A stretch of 64,000 nucleotides of DNA from Spirochaetia bacterium (lineage in GTDB: Bacteria > Spirochaetota > Spirochaetia > SZUA-6 > Bin103): contig CBDBDQ010000005.1 of assembly GCA_965203905.1 (NCBI GenBank), forward strand, positions 3,776,001 to 3,840,000, written 5' to 3'. Positions 1 through 9,226 of this stretch are shown in pieces. The notes beneath the pieces are model-generated. The model was not told the origin of the DNA, did not search any database, and saw only the letters and a program-made list of their open reading frames with translations. A program made the translations under genes and the position numbers. Each line of letters starts with the position of its first letter. Position 1 is the stretch's first letter.

Positions 1-2893
1 GTCGCGCTCCGGCCGCTCCCCGAGGCGGTAGGTAATGCCGCCGTAGCGGGCCAGGATCGGGTCGACGTCGAGCGCCTCGGCCAGCATGTACATGCTCAGT
101 ATCGCCGCGTACTTGGTGGTCCAGTTGCCGCGATAGGGCCACGCCGGCAGCACGTCCTCGGTGCCGCCGCCCAGGCAGGCGGCGTCGAACCGGGTGTCGG
201 GGTTGAAGGCGTGCTGCGCCGGCACCCGCGCCTCGGACTGGTAGTGGGCGTTGAGCCAGCGGCGCTTCTCCTCCGTGAGCGAACTCTGCACGCCCTGGTG
301 CAACAGCGCGCGGGCACGTTCGAACCACTCCGCGTCGCCGCTGTGGCGCCACAGCCGCAGCAGCTCGGTGGCGCCCTGGGCGTACACCAGGTTGTTGGTG
401 GAGTACTTGATGTCGACCGTGGTGCCGCCCACGGTGCGGTAGTCCCAGCGCCCCAGCGGCAGGTCCTCCAGCCCGTCGGTGCAGGCGTTGAAGTGGTACT
501 GCCAGCTTCCGAACCAGCTCGCCGCCACCTCCGCCGCCGCCAGCCAGCGCGCCTCGCCGGTGGCCGCGTACAGCTCGTTGTGGGCGGCCAGCAGGGCGTG
601 CCCCTGGCGCTTGTCGATGTTGTAGAAGTCCATCTCGGAGCCGGCGAACACGCCGAAGCGCTCCATCACCCGCAGCGCCAGCTCGCCCAGCACCACGGCG
701 TAGTCCAGGTAGCGCTGCTCGCCGAGGTAGCGGGCGGCCCGCACGTAGGCCCAGATCAGGTAGATGAAGTTGGTGGCGCCGCGCTCGCTCGGCCTGGTGA
801 AGCGAATGTCGGCGCCGCGGGCCTGTCGCTCGGTCCAGCGCGAGGGCCCCCAGTACAGGAGCTTGATGCGGCGCGTCGCGGGCTCGGCGCTGGTGCCGTC
901 GATGCGGCCCGGCACGTCGCCGTCCGGGAACAGCTCCATGATGCGGTCCAGCGAGCCGCGCACCGCGGCGATCCAGCTCGTCGGCGCTTCGCGACCGTGG
1001 CGCCGCAGCCGCTCGGCGCAGCGCAGGTACCAGTACAGCCCTTCGCCCAGCGGTCCCATGTCGATGCGGCCGGGGTCGTAGTAGGTGCCGAAGGTGTCGA
1101 CCAGCCCGGCGTGGTCCTCGTGGTAGGTGGGATAGAGGATGCCCAGCGGCGAAATGCCGTGCTCGGCGAAGAAGTCGAGGGTGTCGACCGCGACCCGCAC
1201 CGCGTCTGCGTCGTCGTGGCGCAGGCCGTGGTCCAGCGCGGCGTGCGCCACCAGCCCGGCCATGCCGGACCAGGAGAAGCCGACGAAGCGGTGGAAGTAC
1301 TCCTTGGGCAGGAACCGTCCGCCGCCGGTCGGCGCGTCGCCGTACACCCAGCGGCCGACGTAGAACACGCGGTAGCTGCGTCCGCCGCGTTCGATCTCCT
1401 GGATCAGGCCGTGGTCGCCGAGCGTGGTGCGCAGGCGCAGCTCGTAGTCGGCGCGCAGGGTGTGCGGTGGATTGGTGGGCGACACCGGGTAGAGCTCGCT
1501 CCACGCCGCCGACAGGGAGTCGCAGTAGCCGGGCCGGAACACGCTGCCGGTGTGGCGGGCGGCGGCGTACAGGTACAGTTTCTTCTTGTAGCAGGCGCCG
1601 TCCTCCAGGGTGAGGCGCTCGTCGCTGTCGAGCAGCAGCCGGCGGCCGAACACGGCCGACTCGGGGAGCTGGTGCACCGCCTCGTAGCGCCCAGACGCCG
1701 GGTCCACCTGCAGGCGCACGCTGGCCGCGGGATCGGCGGCGCGGCGCTGCGGTTCCACCCAACCGGCATACACCCACTCGGCGTCTTCGACGCTGAATCC
1801 CGCCGGCACCGTGGAGGCCGCCTCCGGGAAGTCCTCCCCCAGGTAGTGGCAAGCCTCCGCGGTGGGGTTGCCGTCGTAAAGCAGGCCGGGGTGCAGCGTA
1901 TAGCTGGCATCGGCGGCGGCAAGCGGCAGGCGGCTGGTGAGGCGCAGCTTGACGCCGCTCAGCGTCTCGCCGCGGTAGCGCCAGGTCAACGCGACCCGCC
2001 ACAGGCCGACACCGGATCGGGTGCGGTCGGCAGCTTCGCCACGGTCGCCGCCTGCACCGCCGGTCCCGCATGGCGTCACGGCAGCCGTGCAGTGCAGGGT
2101 GCCGGCCACTCGTCCCGCGTGCTCGGTCGTGGATCTCGAACACCCCGCCGGCCCCTCCCGCTTCCGGGGAGGCGGCGACCGTGAACTTCTCCCGGAGCAG
2201 CGTCTCGAAGTCGAAGTTGCGGGCGCGGTCGCCGGCCGCGTCGACCCGCCGCGGCTCGGCCGCGCCGTCGGTCTGGCGGATGTCGTCCACCAGGATGAAG
2301 CCCCAGTCGTCCTCGGGGTAGCGCGGCGCCGCATGCCAGCCCCACGGCTCCACGGCCGCGTAGTCAAGAATCTGCAAGTAGGCCTGGCGTCCGCGAAACT
2401 CGGCCACGTCCCAGCCGCGACGCACCAGCTTCAGGTTGCGCTCCCCGGAGGCGGTGCGCACCCGCCGCCAGCCGTCGCGGTATCGTACGTGGAGGTTCAG
2501 GCAGGTCACGTCGGTGAAGTCGCCGCCGCCGATCAGGAAGTCGATGCGGGCGCCGGCGATGGTGAACACCTCCGACTGCAGCTCGCCGATCAGGGTGCCC
2601 AGGTTGCGGTTCTTGCTGTTCACCAGGCGCTTGCCCTCGAACCCGGTCACCGGACCCTGGCCCGGGAACGCCCCGCATGCCGGCTCCATCCCGAACGCCG
2701 TCCCGTTGGGCCGCACCTGCACGGTCTGATCCGTGTTGAACGGCGCTGCCCGCGGATCCCATCTCCCCGCGACCGGATGCCAGCCCCGGTACCGGTTCTG
2801 CCGGATGTCGATGCTCGCGCTCAGCTCGACGGGAGGCGGCCCACTGCCGCCGGCACCTCCCACCAGCCAGCGGAGCGCCGCTTCGGCCGCCAT
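1..2893 (-). CDS. Large putative glycoside hydrolase or carbohydrate-active protein: N-terminal beta-sandwich module plus C-terminal helical-barrel-like domain. Apparent frameshift near 2100-2135; runs off the window edge
   Basis: Absent from the ORF track because there is no stop in the window. Manual translation from ATG 2893 gives GELQSEVFTIAGARIDFLIGGG...RTASGERN...WDVAEFRGRQAYLQILD...WGFILVDDI, a module typical of GH32/GH116-associated beta-sandwiches. Below ~2130, protein-like sequence continues only in a different frame (TLHPGLLYDGN...ELYAATGEARWL...DPILARYGG). Lies downstream of GH116. Confidence 0.65.
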   Translation of the reverse strand, partial: MAAEAALRWLVGGAGGSGPPPVELSASIDIRQNRYRGWHPVAGRWDPRAAPFNTDQTVQVRPNGTAFGMEPACGAFPGQGPVTGFEGKRLVNSKNRNLGTLIGELQSEVFTIAGARIDFLIGGGDFTDVTCLNLHVRYRDGWRRVRTASGERNLKLVRRGWDVAEFRGRQAYLQILDYAAVEPWGWHAAPRYPEDDWGFILVDDIRQTDGAAEPRRVDAAGDRARNFDFETLLREKFTVAASPEAGGAGGVFEIHDRARGTSGRHPALHGCRDAMRDRRCRRRPWRSCRPHPIRCRPVAGRVDLALPRRDAERRQAAPHQPPAACRRRCQLYAAPRPALRRQPHRGGLPLPGGGLPGGGLHGAGGIQRRRRRVGVCRLGGTAAPRRRSRGQRAPAGGPGVWALRGGAPAPRVGRVRPPAAARQRRAPHPGGRRLLQEETVPVRRRPPHRQRVPARLLRLPVGGVERALPGVAHQSTAHPARRLRAAPAHHARRPRPDPGDRTRRTQLPRVLRRPLGVRRRADRRRTVPAQGVLPPLRRLLLVRHGRAGGARRAGPRPAPRRRRRGAGRGRHPRLLRRARHFAAGHPLSHLPRGPRRAGRHLRHLLRPRPHRHGTAGRRAVLVPALRRAAAAPRSRSADELDRRGARLAGPHHGAVPGRRRAGPHRRHQRRARDAPHQAPVLGALALDRATGPRRRHSLHQAERARRHQLHLPDLGLRAGRPLPRRAALPGLRRGAGRAGAAGDGALRRVRRLRDGLLQHRQAPGARPAGRPQRAVRGHRRGALAGGGGGGGELVRKLAVPLQRLHRRAGGPAAGALGLPHRGRHHGRHQVLHQQPGVRPGRHRAAAAVAPQRRRGVVRTCPRAVAPGRAEFAHGGEAPLAQRPLPVRGAGAGAARLQPRHPVRRRLPGRRHRGRAAGVALSRQLDHQVRGDTEHVHAGRGARRRPDPGPLRRHYLPPRGAAGAR

Positions 2894-2966
2894 CAGCGGG
2901 TGCTTCCGTCCGTCGGCGTGGCGCTGCACCGGCGCTGCCGGGCAGCGGCCATCGACATCGTCGCCA

Positions 2967-5663
2967 TCAGATCATCGCCGACAGGGCGATGGTCAGTGGT
3001 GCTTCCGGGGTGATGCGGATGGGCTCGGAGAAGGCGAGAGTAGTGGCGTCCTGCTGGAAGACGACGTCGGCACTACCTGCCTGCACCCCGGTCACCGCGC
3101 CGCCGCCGGCGCCCACCAGCCGGTCGCTGGTGAAACTGGACAGAGACATCTCGCCCGCCGCCACCAGCAGGCGGATCTCGGTCGCGTCCAGCACGCAGGT
3201 GCCCCAGCCGGTGCCGAGGCTCCAGAACGCCGTGTAGGGCGCGTCCGCCACCTTGGGGCTGAATCCGACGTGGCCGCGCACCGCGTCGAACTCGAACCCG
3301 GCGTGGGCCAGCAGCAGCGCGAACGCCGCCATCGAGCGCGCGTAGTTGCTGCCGCACTCGATCTCGTTCCAGGGGTTGCGCCGGGTGCCGTCGTAGCGGT
3401 CGCGCACCGCCTGCACCAGCGCCAGTCCCTGCTCCAGCATGCCCTCCTGGATCATGTGCCCCGCGGCCTGGTACTCGAAGCCGTGCATGGTCTCCTGGGC
3501 GTAAGTCAGCGGCACCACCGGCAGCGCGCGCGGGTAGGAGCAGATGATGGTGCCGGCCTCGTCGTCCACCGCGTACAGGCGCGCCGGGTTGAAGTGCTCC
3601 CGGAACGACTGCAGGTAGTTGTGGCGGAAGATGGCCGCCAGGGCGGAGCGGGTCTGCTCGCGGTCGAACACCTCGCCGATGCCGCAGATGTTGGCATGCC
3701 ACTGCGCCAGCACCTGATCGATGCCGCACCCCTCGGCCACCTGGTACTTGATCTCGCCGTGCTCGTCGTCCCAGTAGTTCCACACCTGGCTGCGGCCGCC
3801 CCGGTAGCGCTCCTTGGCGTCTCCGGCCGCGTACGCCTCCAGGATGCCGCGGTCGGTCAGATCGATCTGCTGCTGGTAGTACTCGCCGTTGAACAGGTGC
3901 CGGTCGGTCCACTCCTTGCCGCGCGCGTACAGCGCCCGGTACTCGGCCGCGGTGTCAGACTCGCCGAAGTGCTCGGCCATCTCCGCGCCCGCCGCCAGGG
4001 CCGCCAGGTAGAAGCCGTTGAGCCAGGCGTTGGGCCCGAACAGCTCCATGTCCAGGGTGTGGTGCTGGCGTCCCTCCAGCACCCCGTCGCGGTCCGCGTC
4101 CCAGCGGTCGGGATTGCTCTCCGCCCAGGCGAACGAGATGTTCTGCTTGAGCGTCTCCCAGTGGCCGCGCAGCCACTCGGAGTCGCCGCTGACCTTCCAC
4201 TCCCGGTACGCCTTGATCACGCCGCCGAACTGGCCGTCGGCGCAGGGCCGGAAGCCGAGCCGCTCGCGCCCCAGCGGCAACTGCAGGCGGAAGGTCATGC
4301 CACCATCGGGGCCGGCGTTGTAGCGGAAGTCGGCGTCGCGCATCGAGCGCTCCAGGTCGGGGAACAGGAACGGCATCGCGTAGGCGTAGTTCCACACGTG
4401 AGTGCAACTCCCCTCGCAGCAGCCCTGGTCGACGCGCACCCCCTCGAAGCCGTAGAAGGTGCCGTCCTCCAGCCGCAGCACCGTGGAACTGTTGAGCACC
4501 GACAGGGTGGCGGCGGCGGCGTCGAGCACGGCGGGCGGCACGCTGCTGGCGTACAGCGCGTCGCGGAACGCCAGGGTATCGCCCTGCAGCCGCTCCCAGT
4601 CCCGCAGGCAATAGCAGGCGCTGGCCGCGGAGTCGGCGAAGCGGGTGGCGTACCAGTTGCGCCACTCGCCGGCCTCGAACTTCGGCGGCGGCGCATCGCG
4701 CTGTTCCTGCTCGACTCCCACCGGGTGCCAGTAGTTGACGCAGTTGGGGAAGCTCCAGGCCAGCACGAAGCGCACGCTGCGGGTCTGCCCCGCGGCCACG
4801 CCGATGCGTGCCGCCAGCACCCCGGTGTCGTCACGCCCGAACCCGCCGCCGGCGCCGGTGGTCGGCTCCGGGTAGCTGCGGTTGGTGAACGCGCCGGGCG
4901 TGGTGAAGTCGTGCCAGTAGATGGTGAGGTCGTCGAACCAGGCGCCGCGGAACCAGTATTCCTGGAAGCTGACGTCGGCGCAGTCGGTGGCGGCGGTGAG
5001 GTCGCCGTAGCCGGGGTGTTCGGGGGCGAGGCCGCTGCTGCCCATGGTGAGCATCTGGGCGGCGCCGTCGCGTGTCGCGCGGTTGACCGACTTGCCGGGG
5101 CCGGCCGGGTTGGTGACCGCCAGCGCCACGGTGTAGTCGAGGTCGTAGTCGCTGGTGTTGGCGAGCTGTATCTCGAAACAGGCAGCCGGAATGCTGGAGT
5201 CGTCGGAGTTGCCGGGAATGAAAGGGTTGAAGGCGCGCAGGGCAACCGTGCCGGGGAACTTCCCGTCCGCGAACGAGAGGGTGGCGACGGGAAAGGTGCC
5301 CTCGAACTCCACGTCGGCGAAGTGGGGCAGGCCACCCAGGGAGGAGCGCGTCGGGCCGAAGCCGTAACTGTGCAGCCAGGTGGAGCGCAGGCTGCCGGAC
5401 AGCGGCCCGGTGAGGTCGCCGTGCAGCACCCGGGCGGCCACCACCTCGCCGCCACGCTCCGCCTTCACGGCGAAGTGGCTGAAGCCGTTGATGCTGCCCT
5501 TGTTGGGGCGGTTGAGGATTTCCCAGTCGATCAGACGGCCGTTGCCCGCCAGCCCGATCGAGCCGGTACCGATCCCGCCGAGCGGAAACGAAATCTCATT
5601 AAGCTGGTCACCGCGGTAGGTGAAGTGAGCGCGGGTCGACTCGCTCAGACGATGGTTACTCAT
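2967..5663 (-). CDS. GH116 family glycoside hydrolase (non-lysosomal glucosylceramidase/GBA2-like)
   Basis: 898 aa; PLGGIGTGSIGL..G.L.DWEI, CCEGSCTHVWNYA, ADGQFG and RYDG.RRNPWNEIECGSNYARSM motifs. Confidence 0.9.
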   Translation of the reverse strand: MSNHRLSESTRAHFTYRGDQLNEISFPLGGIGTGSIGLAGNGRLIDWEILNRPNKGSINGFSHFAVKAERGGEVVAARVLHGDLTGPLSGSLRSTWLHSYGFGPTRSSLGGLPHFADVEFEGTFPVATLSFADGKFPGTVALRAFNPFIPGNSDDSSIPAACFEIQLANTSDYDLDYTVALAVTNPAGPGKSVNRATRDGAAQMLTMGSSGLAPEHPGYGDLTAATDCADVSFQEYWFRGAWFDDLTIYWHDFTTPGAFTNRSYPEPTTGAGGGFGRDDTGVLAARIGVAAGQTRSVRFVLAWSFPNCVNYWHPVGVEQEQRDAPPPKFEAGEWRNWYATRFADSAASACYCLRDWERLQGDTLAFRDALYASSVPPAVLDAAAATLSVLNSSTVLRLEDGTFYGFEGVRVDQGCCEGSCTHVWNYAYAMPFLFPDLERSMRDADFRYNAGPDGGMTFRLQLPLGRERLGFRPCADGQFGGVIKAYREWKVSGDSEWLRGHWETLKQNISFAWAESNPDRWDADRDGVLEGRQHHTLDMELFGPNAWLNGFYLAALAAGAEMAEHFGESDTAAEYRALYARGKEWTDRHLFNGEYYQQQIDLTDRGILEAYAAGDAKERYRGGRSQVWNYWDDEHGEIKYQVAEGCGIDQVLAQWHANICGIGEVFDREQTRSALAAIFRHNYLQSFREHFNPARLYAVDDEAGTIICSYPRALPVVPLTYAQETMHGFEYQAAGHMIQEGMLEQGLALVQAVRDRYDGTRRNPWNEIECGSNYARSMAAFALLLAHAGFEFDAVRGHVGFSPKVADAPYTAFWSLGTGWGTCVLDATEIRLLVAAGEMSLSSFTSDRLVGAGGGAVTGVQAGSADVVFQQDATTLAFSEPIRITPEAPLTIALSAMI

Positions 5664-5731
5664 GACGCCGCATCGTGAATACAGAGTGCACGTGCGGTCA
5701 AGCTCGCCGCGCGGGCAGTTCGCGGGCGGCT

Positions 5732-7264
5732 TCAGTCCCTCTCAGGCTGCCGCACCGTGGCCACCAGGGCGGTCAACTCCCGCAGCGCGGCTTCGGTCAC
5801 GAGGTCCTTCGAGCCTTCGAGCACCTGCTCGGCCCGGCCCAGGTCGCCGCGCGCGGCGTGCGAGCGTATCAGTTCCGCTGCCAGTGCCGCCGATGCCCGG
5901 TTCGATTCCCAGGCAGACTGCAACAGGCGGTGCGCCGCGGCCGCATCTCCCAGTGCCCGCAACTCCGCGGCGTCCCGGACCGCGGACAGGGTGGCGTGCT
6001 CCGGATGCGCCGGCAGGGTGACGCGGAAGTAGGTCCGGTGCTCGTCGAAGTCGTAGCGCGGGGGAGGGGAGCCATTCGTCGCCATCGCGGCCGCCACCTT
6101 GCGCAGCCCGGTGAGGCGCGCCTCGGCGAGTCCCAGCTCCTTGAGCAGCTCGCCGATGCGACGGTTACGGGCGGGCACCGTGGGAAAGGAGGAATGCAAC
6201 GCAAAGTGTTCCGGCTTAAGCCCCGAAACCGGTCCGGGATAGCTGATGATCTCCATCCGATCCGGGTACAGATACACCTTGGTCGGCTCCGGCACGTCCG
6301 GCTCGTAGCTGCGGTGATACAGAGCGTTGACCAGGGTCTCGCGCAGCGCCACCTCGGGATAGGCACGCCAGCGGCGCGTCTCGATCCGCCCCGGCTCCTT
6401 GCGCAGGTGGGCCGGCGACCGGCCGTACAGGTACTGGAGGCAGTTGCGCACCTGTCGCGTCAGCCCGCCGCGGAACTCCTGCTCCTCCTGTACGTCTCCC
6501 GTGCCACCGGCAGCGAACAGCGCGCAATCGATCCAGGCGCCACGAAACCAGTGGGTGGGCTCGGCCCCGAAGAACAGCAGCCCGACGTTGCGCGGCACGT
6601 CGTGGTCGTTCACCCGCATGGTGATGCCCATGCGGCGGTAGATCTCCACCGCGTCGGGTTCGTCGGTGAGTCCGCTGCCGATCTCGTGCAGGTGCTCCCT
6701 GACCGCCATCTCGTGCAGGTCCGCGAGGCCGGCGTCCAGCGACCGGCGGTCGTCCCACGGCACCCGCGCGGTCTGCTGGATCAGCTCCCGGAGCAGCCCG
6801 CCGCGCTGCTCCGCGTCCACGGTATCGGCTCCGACGCGCGCCCAGTAGCGCAGTGGTCCGCGGGTGCCATCCGGCGCCCGATGCGGCCGGACCTGGCTCG
6901 CCGGCGCCCACACCACCAGGATATGCCGGCCGCTCACCACCTCGGGCGAAAGCAGCGGCTGGTACGGTGGATCGAGGCGGTTGCAGTTGCCGCGCAGCCA
7001 CCGCTGCGCCGCCTCCAGCTCGGCGGGAGAGAGCCCTACAGGCGGCAGACCGGCACCTCCGTCGTGCTCGGCAACGCCAATGACGACGTAGCCGCCGTTC
7101 AGGTTGTGATAGTCGTTGGCAAACGCGCAGATCGTCTTGAGCACTTGCGGTCCGGTGGTATCCGGGTCCCAGGTGGCCTTGAACTCCACCCGCACCGACT
7201 CCACGCCGCGGCCCCGGAACAAGCTGTTCAGGTTGATCGGAAGGGTGCGGCTCACGGCGTTCAT
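5732..7264 (-). CDS. AlbA_2 (Schlafen) domain protein with HATPase_c_4 (RecG-C-like) domain and a helical/TPR-like tail
   Basis: ESVRVEFKATW, TICAFAND..GGYVVIGV, ALRETLVNALYHRSY, IISYPGP, RNRRIGELLKELGL...TG. Start may be ATG 7264 or GTG 7255. Confidence 0.85.
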   Translation of the reverse strand: MNAVSRTLPINLNSLFRGRGVESVRVEFKATWDPDTTGPQVLKTICAFANDYHNLNGGYVVIGVAEHDGGAGLPPVGLSPAELEAAQRWLRGNCNRLDPPYQPLLSPEVVSGRHILVVWAPASQVRPHRAPDGTRGPLRYWARVGADTVDAEQRGGLLRELIQQTARVPWDDRRSLDAGLADLHEMAVREHLHEIGSGLTDEPDAVEIYRRMGITMRVNDHDVPRNVGLLFFGAEPTHWFRGAWIDCALFAAGGTGDVQEEQEFRGGLTRQVRNCLQYLYGRSPAHLRKEPGRIETRRWRAYPEVALRETLVNALYHRSYEPDVPEPTKVYLYPDRMEIISYPGPVSGLKPEHFALHSSFPTVPARNRRIGELLKELGLAEARLTGLRKVAAAMATNGSPPPRYDFDEHRTYFRVTLPAHPEHATLSAVRDAAELRALGDAAAAHRLLQSAWESNRASAALAAELIRSHAARGDLGRAEQVLEGSKDLVTEAALRELTALVATVRQPERD

Positions 7265-7545
7265 GATATGGTCCGAGACGAATCCCACGGGTTGTCAGGG
7301 ATGCGATCCGCGTCATTGACGGCGCGCAGATCGTCCGCGAAGCTCGCGTCCGGGCGAGTGCTGGCGAGGGCATCCCAGACCTCCCGCAGAGTCGGCCGGC
7401 GTGAGCCGGTTACCGGCACGAGCTCGGCCGCCGGCATTCCGTCCTCCACGAGTACGAACCGATCTCCGGTACGCCCAATGCGCGCCAGACAGTCCTCGAA
7501 GTTGCGTGCTGCCCAGGCGGTGGTCACGCGAACCTTCACGCGCAT
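7261..7545 (-). CDS. Phd/YefM-family antitoxin with no intact cognate toxin
   Basis: VTTAWAARNFEDCLARI...DRFVLVEDGMPAAELVP...FADDL...NPWDS pattern; start ATG 7545 or GTG 7539. Confidence 0.7.
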   Translation of the reverse strand: MRVKVRVTTAWAARNFEDCLARIGRTGDRFVLVEDGMPAAELVPVTGSRRPTLREVWDALASTRPDASFADDLRAVNDADRIPDNPWDSSRTIS

Positions 7546-7584
7546 AACGGTAGTCGACCCTCCTGCGATGCTCAAGGATGACGC

Positions 7585-7613
7585 TTGAGGATACCCCGTC
7601 GAGGCCGTAGCAT
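7585..7613 (+). promoter_or_regulatory. Sigma70-type promoter, probably leaderless, for the DinB-family gene
   Basis: TTGAGG-N17-TAGCAT, then 7 nt, then ATG 7621. Confidence 0.5.
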
Positions 7614-7620
7614 GGGCGCC

Positions 7621-8100
7621 ATGTCAGCAGAAGATTCCATTCGCGCGGCGTTCGGCTCGCAGTTCCAGGCCGGGCTCGACATGTTGGAGGCGGCGGTGCG
7701 GGCGTGCCCCGACGACGCCTGGGACGACGGCGCCCACGTCAACCGCTTCTGGCACATCGCCTACCACACGCTGTTCTATGTGCATCTGTACCTGTTCCAG
7801 TCCCTGGAAGAGCACCGCCCCTGGAGCGGGCAGCGCGACGGCGCCAGTGACCTGGGCCGGGAGGTGGAGCCCTACTCTCGGGAAAGCATCCTGGAGTTCC
7901 TGGCGTTCTGCCGCGAGCACGCGCGCAGCCGCATCGCCGCGCTCGACCTCGCGGCCGAGTCCGGCTTCGGCTGGCTGCCGTTCGGCCCGGTGGAGCGGCT
8001 GGCCTACAACCTGCGCCACCTCCAGCACCACGCCGGCCAGCTCAGCGAGCGCGTCCGCCAGGACACCGGCAACGGCGTGAGTTGGGCTGGTCGCGGCTGA
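7621..8100 (+). CDS. DinB family protein
   Basis: FWHIAYHTLF and YNLRHLQHHAGQL metal-binding His motifs. Confidence 0.8.
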   Translation: MSAEDSIRAAFGSQFQAGLDMLEAAVRACPDDAWDDGAHVNRFWHIAYHTLFYVHLYLFQSLEEHRPWSGQRDGASDLGREVEPYSRESILEFLAFCREHARSRIAALDLAAESGFGWLPFGPVERLAYNLRHLQHHAGQLSERVRQDTGNGVSWAGRG

Positions 8101-8154
8101 CGCGGCGACCGCTGCGCCGGCTCTCCGCAACACGACCGTATGCCGGGCTTCGGC

Positions 8155-8181
8155 CTACACGTGATCCGTGCTACACTGATC
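8155..8181 (+). promoter_or_regulatory. Putative vapBC promoter/operator
   Basis: Direct repeat CTACACGTGATC / CTACACTGATC containing a TACACT -10-like box just upstream of the antitoxin start. Confidence 0.45.
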
Positions 8182-8186
8182 ATGCC

Positions 8187-8414
8187 ATGAACTTGACGAT
8201 TACGGTCGACAGCGATCTGCTCAAAAAGGCGCGCATCCGGGCGCTGGAGGAAGAGACCTCGGTAAACGCCGTTCTCCGCCAGTTCCTCGAGGCGTATGCG
8301 GGGATGGGGGAGCGCCGCCGCGGTGCGGTTGCGGATCTGCTGGCGCTGTCCGGGGCTGCCATGTCGCGGCGCGGGCCGGCGAGATGGACGCGTGACGAAT
8401 TGTATGAGCGATGA
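8187..8414 (+). CDS. Ribbon-helix-helix antitoxin (VapB-like)
   Basis: MNLTITVDSDLLKKARIRALEEETSVNAVLRQFLE...WTRDELYER; overlaps the start of the PIN gene. Confidence 0.85.
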   Translation: MNLTITVDSDLLKKARIRALEEETSVNAVLRQFLEAYAGMGERRRGAVADLLALSGAAMSRRGPARWTRDELYER

Positions 8415-8856
8415 CCTGCGGTTCGTAGATACCAACGTGTTCGTCTACCTGTTCGATGGAGACTCTCCCGGAAAACAGGAGGTCGCCCGCCGGATACTGG
8501 ACGAACGTCCCGAGGAGCTGGTCCTCAGCATTCAGGTCCTCGGCGAATTCTACGTATCGGTAACGCGCAAGCTTGCGAAACCGCTCGCCCCCGAGACTGC
8601 GCGCCGAGCGGTCGCCGACCTGTGCGCCCTGCGCGTCAGGCCGGTCCTCCCCGAGTTGGTGCAGGCGGCCGTGCAACGCAGCAGCGCAGCGCAGCTATCG
8701 TATTGGGATGCTCTGATCGTGGAGAGCGCGATCGACGCGGGAGCAGTGTCGTTGCTGACCGAGGACTTGCAGCACGGCCAGCGATTCGGGCGGCTGCGCG
8801 TGGTCAATCCGTTTCTGGACGAGCGCGAGACCGGCGCGGTGTCCGATCATTCTTGA
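8404..8856 (+). CDS. vapC: PIN-domain toxin (VapC-like)
   Basis: FVDTNVFVY, SIQVLGEF, LSYWDALIV and LLTEDLQHG motifs. Confidence 0.9.
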   Translation: MSDDLRFVDTNVFVYLFDGDSPGKQEVARRILDERPEELVLSIQVLGEFYVSVTRKLAKPLAPETARRAVADLCALRVRPVLPELVQAAVQRSSAAQLSYWDALIVESAIDAGAVSLLTEDLQHGQRFGRLRVVNPFLDERETGAVSDHS

Positions 8857-8903
8857 CATCATCATCGTGTGCGGCCTAACGTGGGGGCAACAGGAGGGTT
8901 GCC
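8853..8903 (+). promoter_or_regulatory. Putative promoter with an adjacent inverted repeat upstream of the ABC transporter genes
   Basis: TTGACA-N18-TAACGT (8853-8882) followed by GGCAAC-AGGAGG-GTTGCC (8886-8903). Confidence 0.4.
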
Positions 8904-9051
8904 GCAACAGTCGTGACCGATCGGCGTATCAGCTTGCCATGTCGTTCTCTCCCAGGCCCGCCACCGGGGGCGCGGACGCAGGCATGCCGGAGGCCACGCG
9001 GCGATTACTCACCCTCATCGCTCGCCCGCGCGGCGCTTGGACCTACTGCTA

Positions 9052-9213
9052 GTCCGAAAACCATGTCCAGCAGACGAACCAGGTGCGCCGGGTTACATGG
9101 TCTCCGGCGCCACGGTGTGACCCTGCGTACTTGTCCGAACGCCCTGTCCAGCAGACGAACCAGTTGCATCGGTTTGCATGGACTCGGGCGCCACGGGGTG
9201 GCCATGCGTATTA
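9052..9213. repeat. Two-copy 81-bp imperfect tandem repeat
   Basis: Units start at 9052 and 9133 and share TGTCCAGCAGACGAACCAG...CATGG...GGCGCCACGG...TGCGTA; about 15 mismatches and no indels. Confidence 0.9.
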
Positions 9214-9226
9214 CCCTGCAGATGGC

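Noticed and set aside
211-5678. Long plus-strand ORFs (657 aa, 330 aa, 981 aa) and similar long antisense ORFs elsewhere, e.g. 53363-56485 and 13134-15911
   Set aside because: Shadow frames of real genes in high-GC DNA; no recognisable motifs and biased composition.
9052-9213. Possible CRISPR array
   Set aside because: Only two units, similar along their whole length with no unique spacers, and no cas genes in the window.
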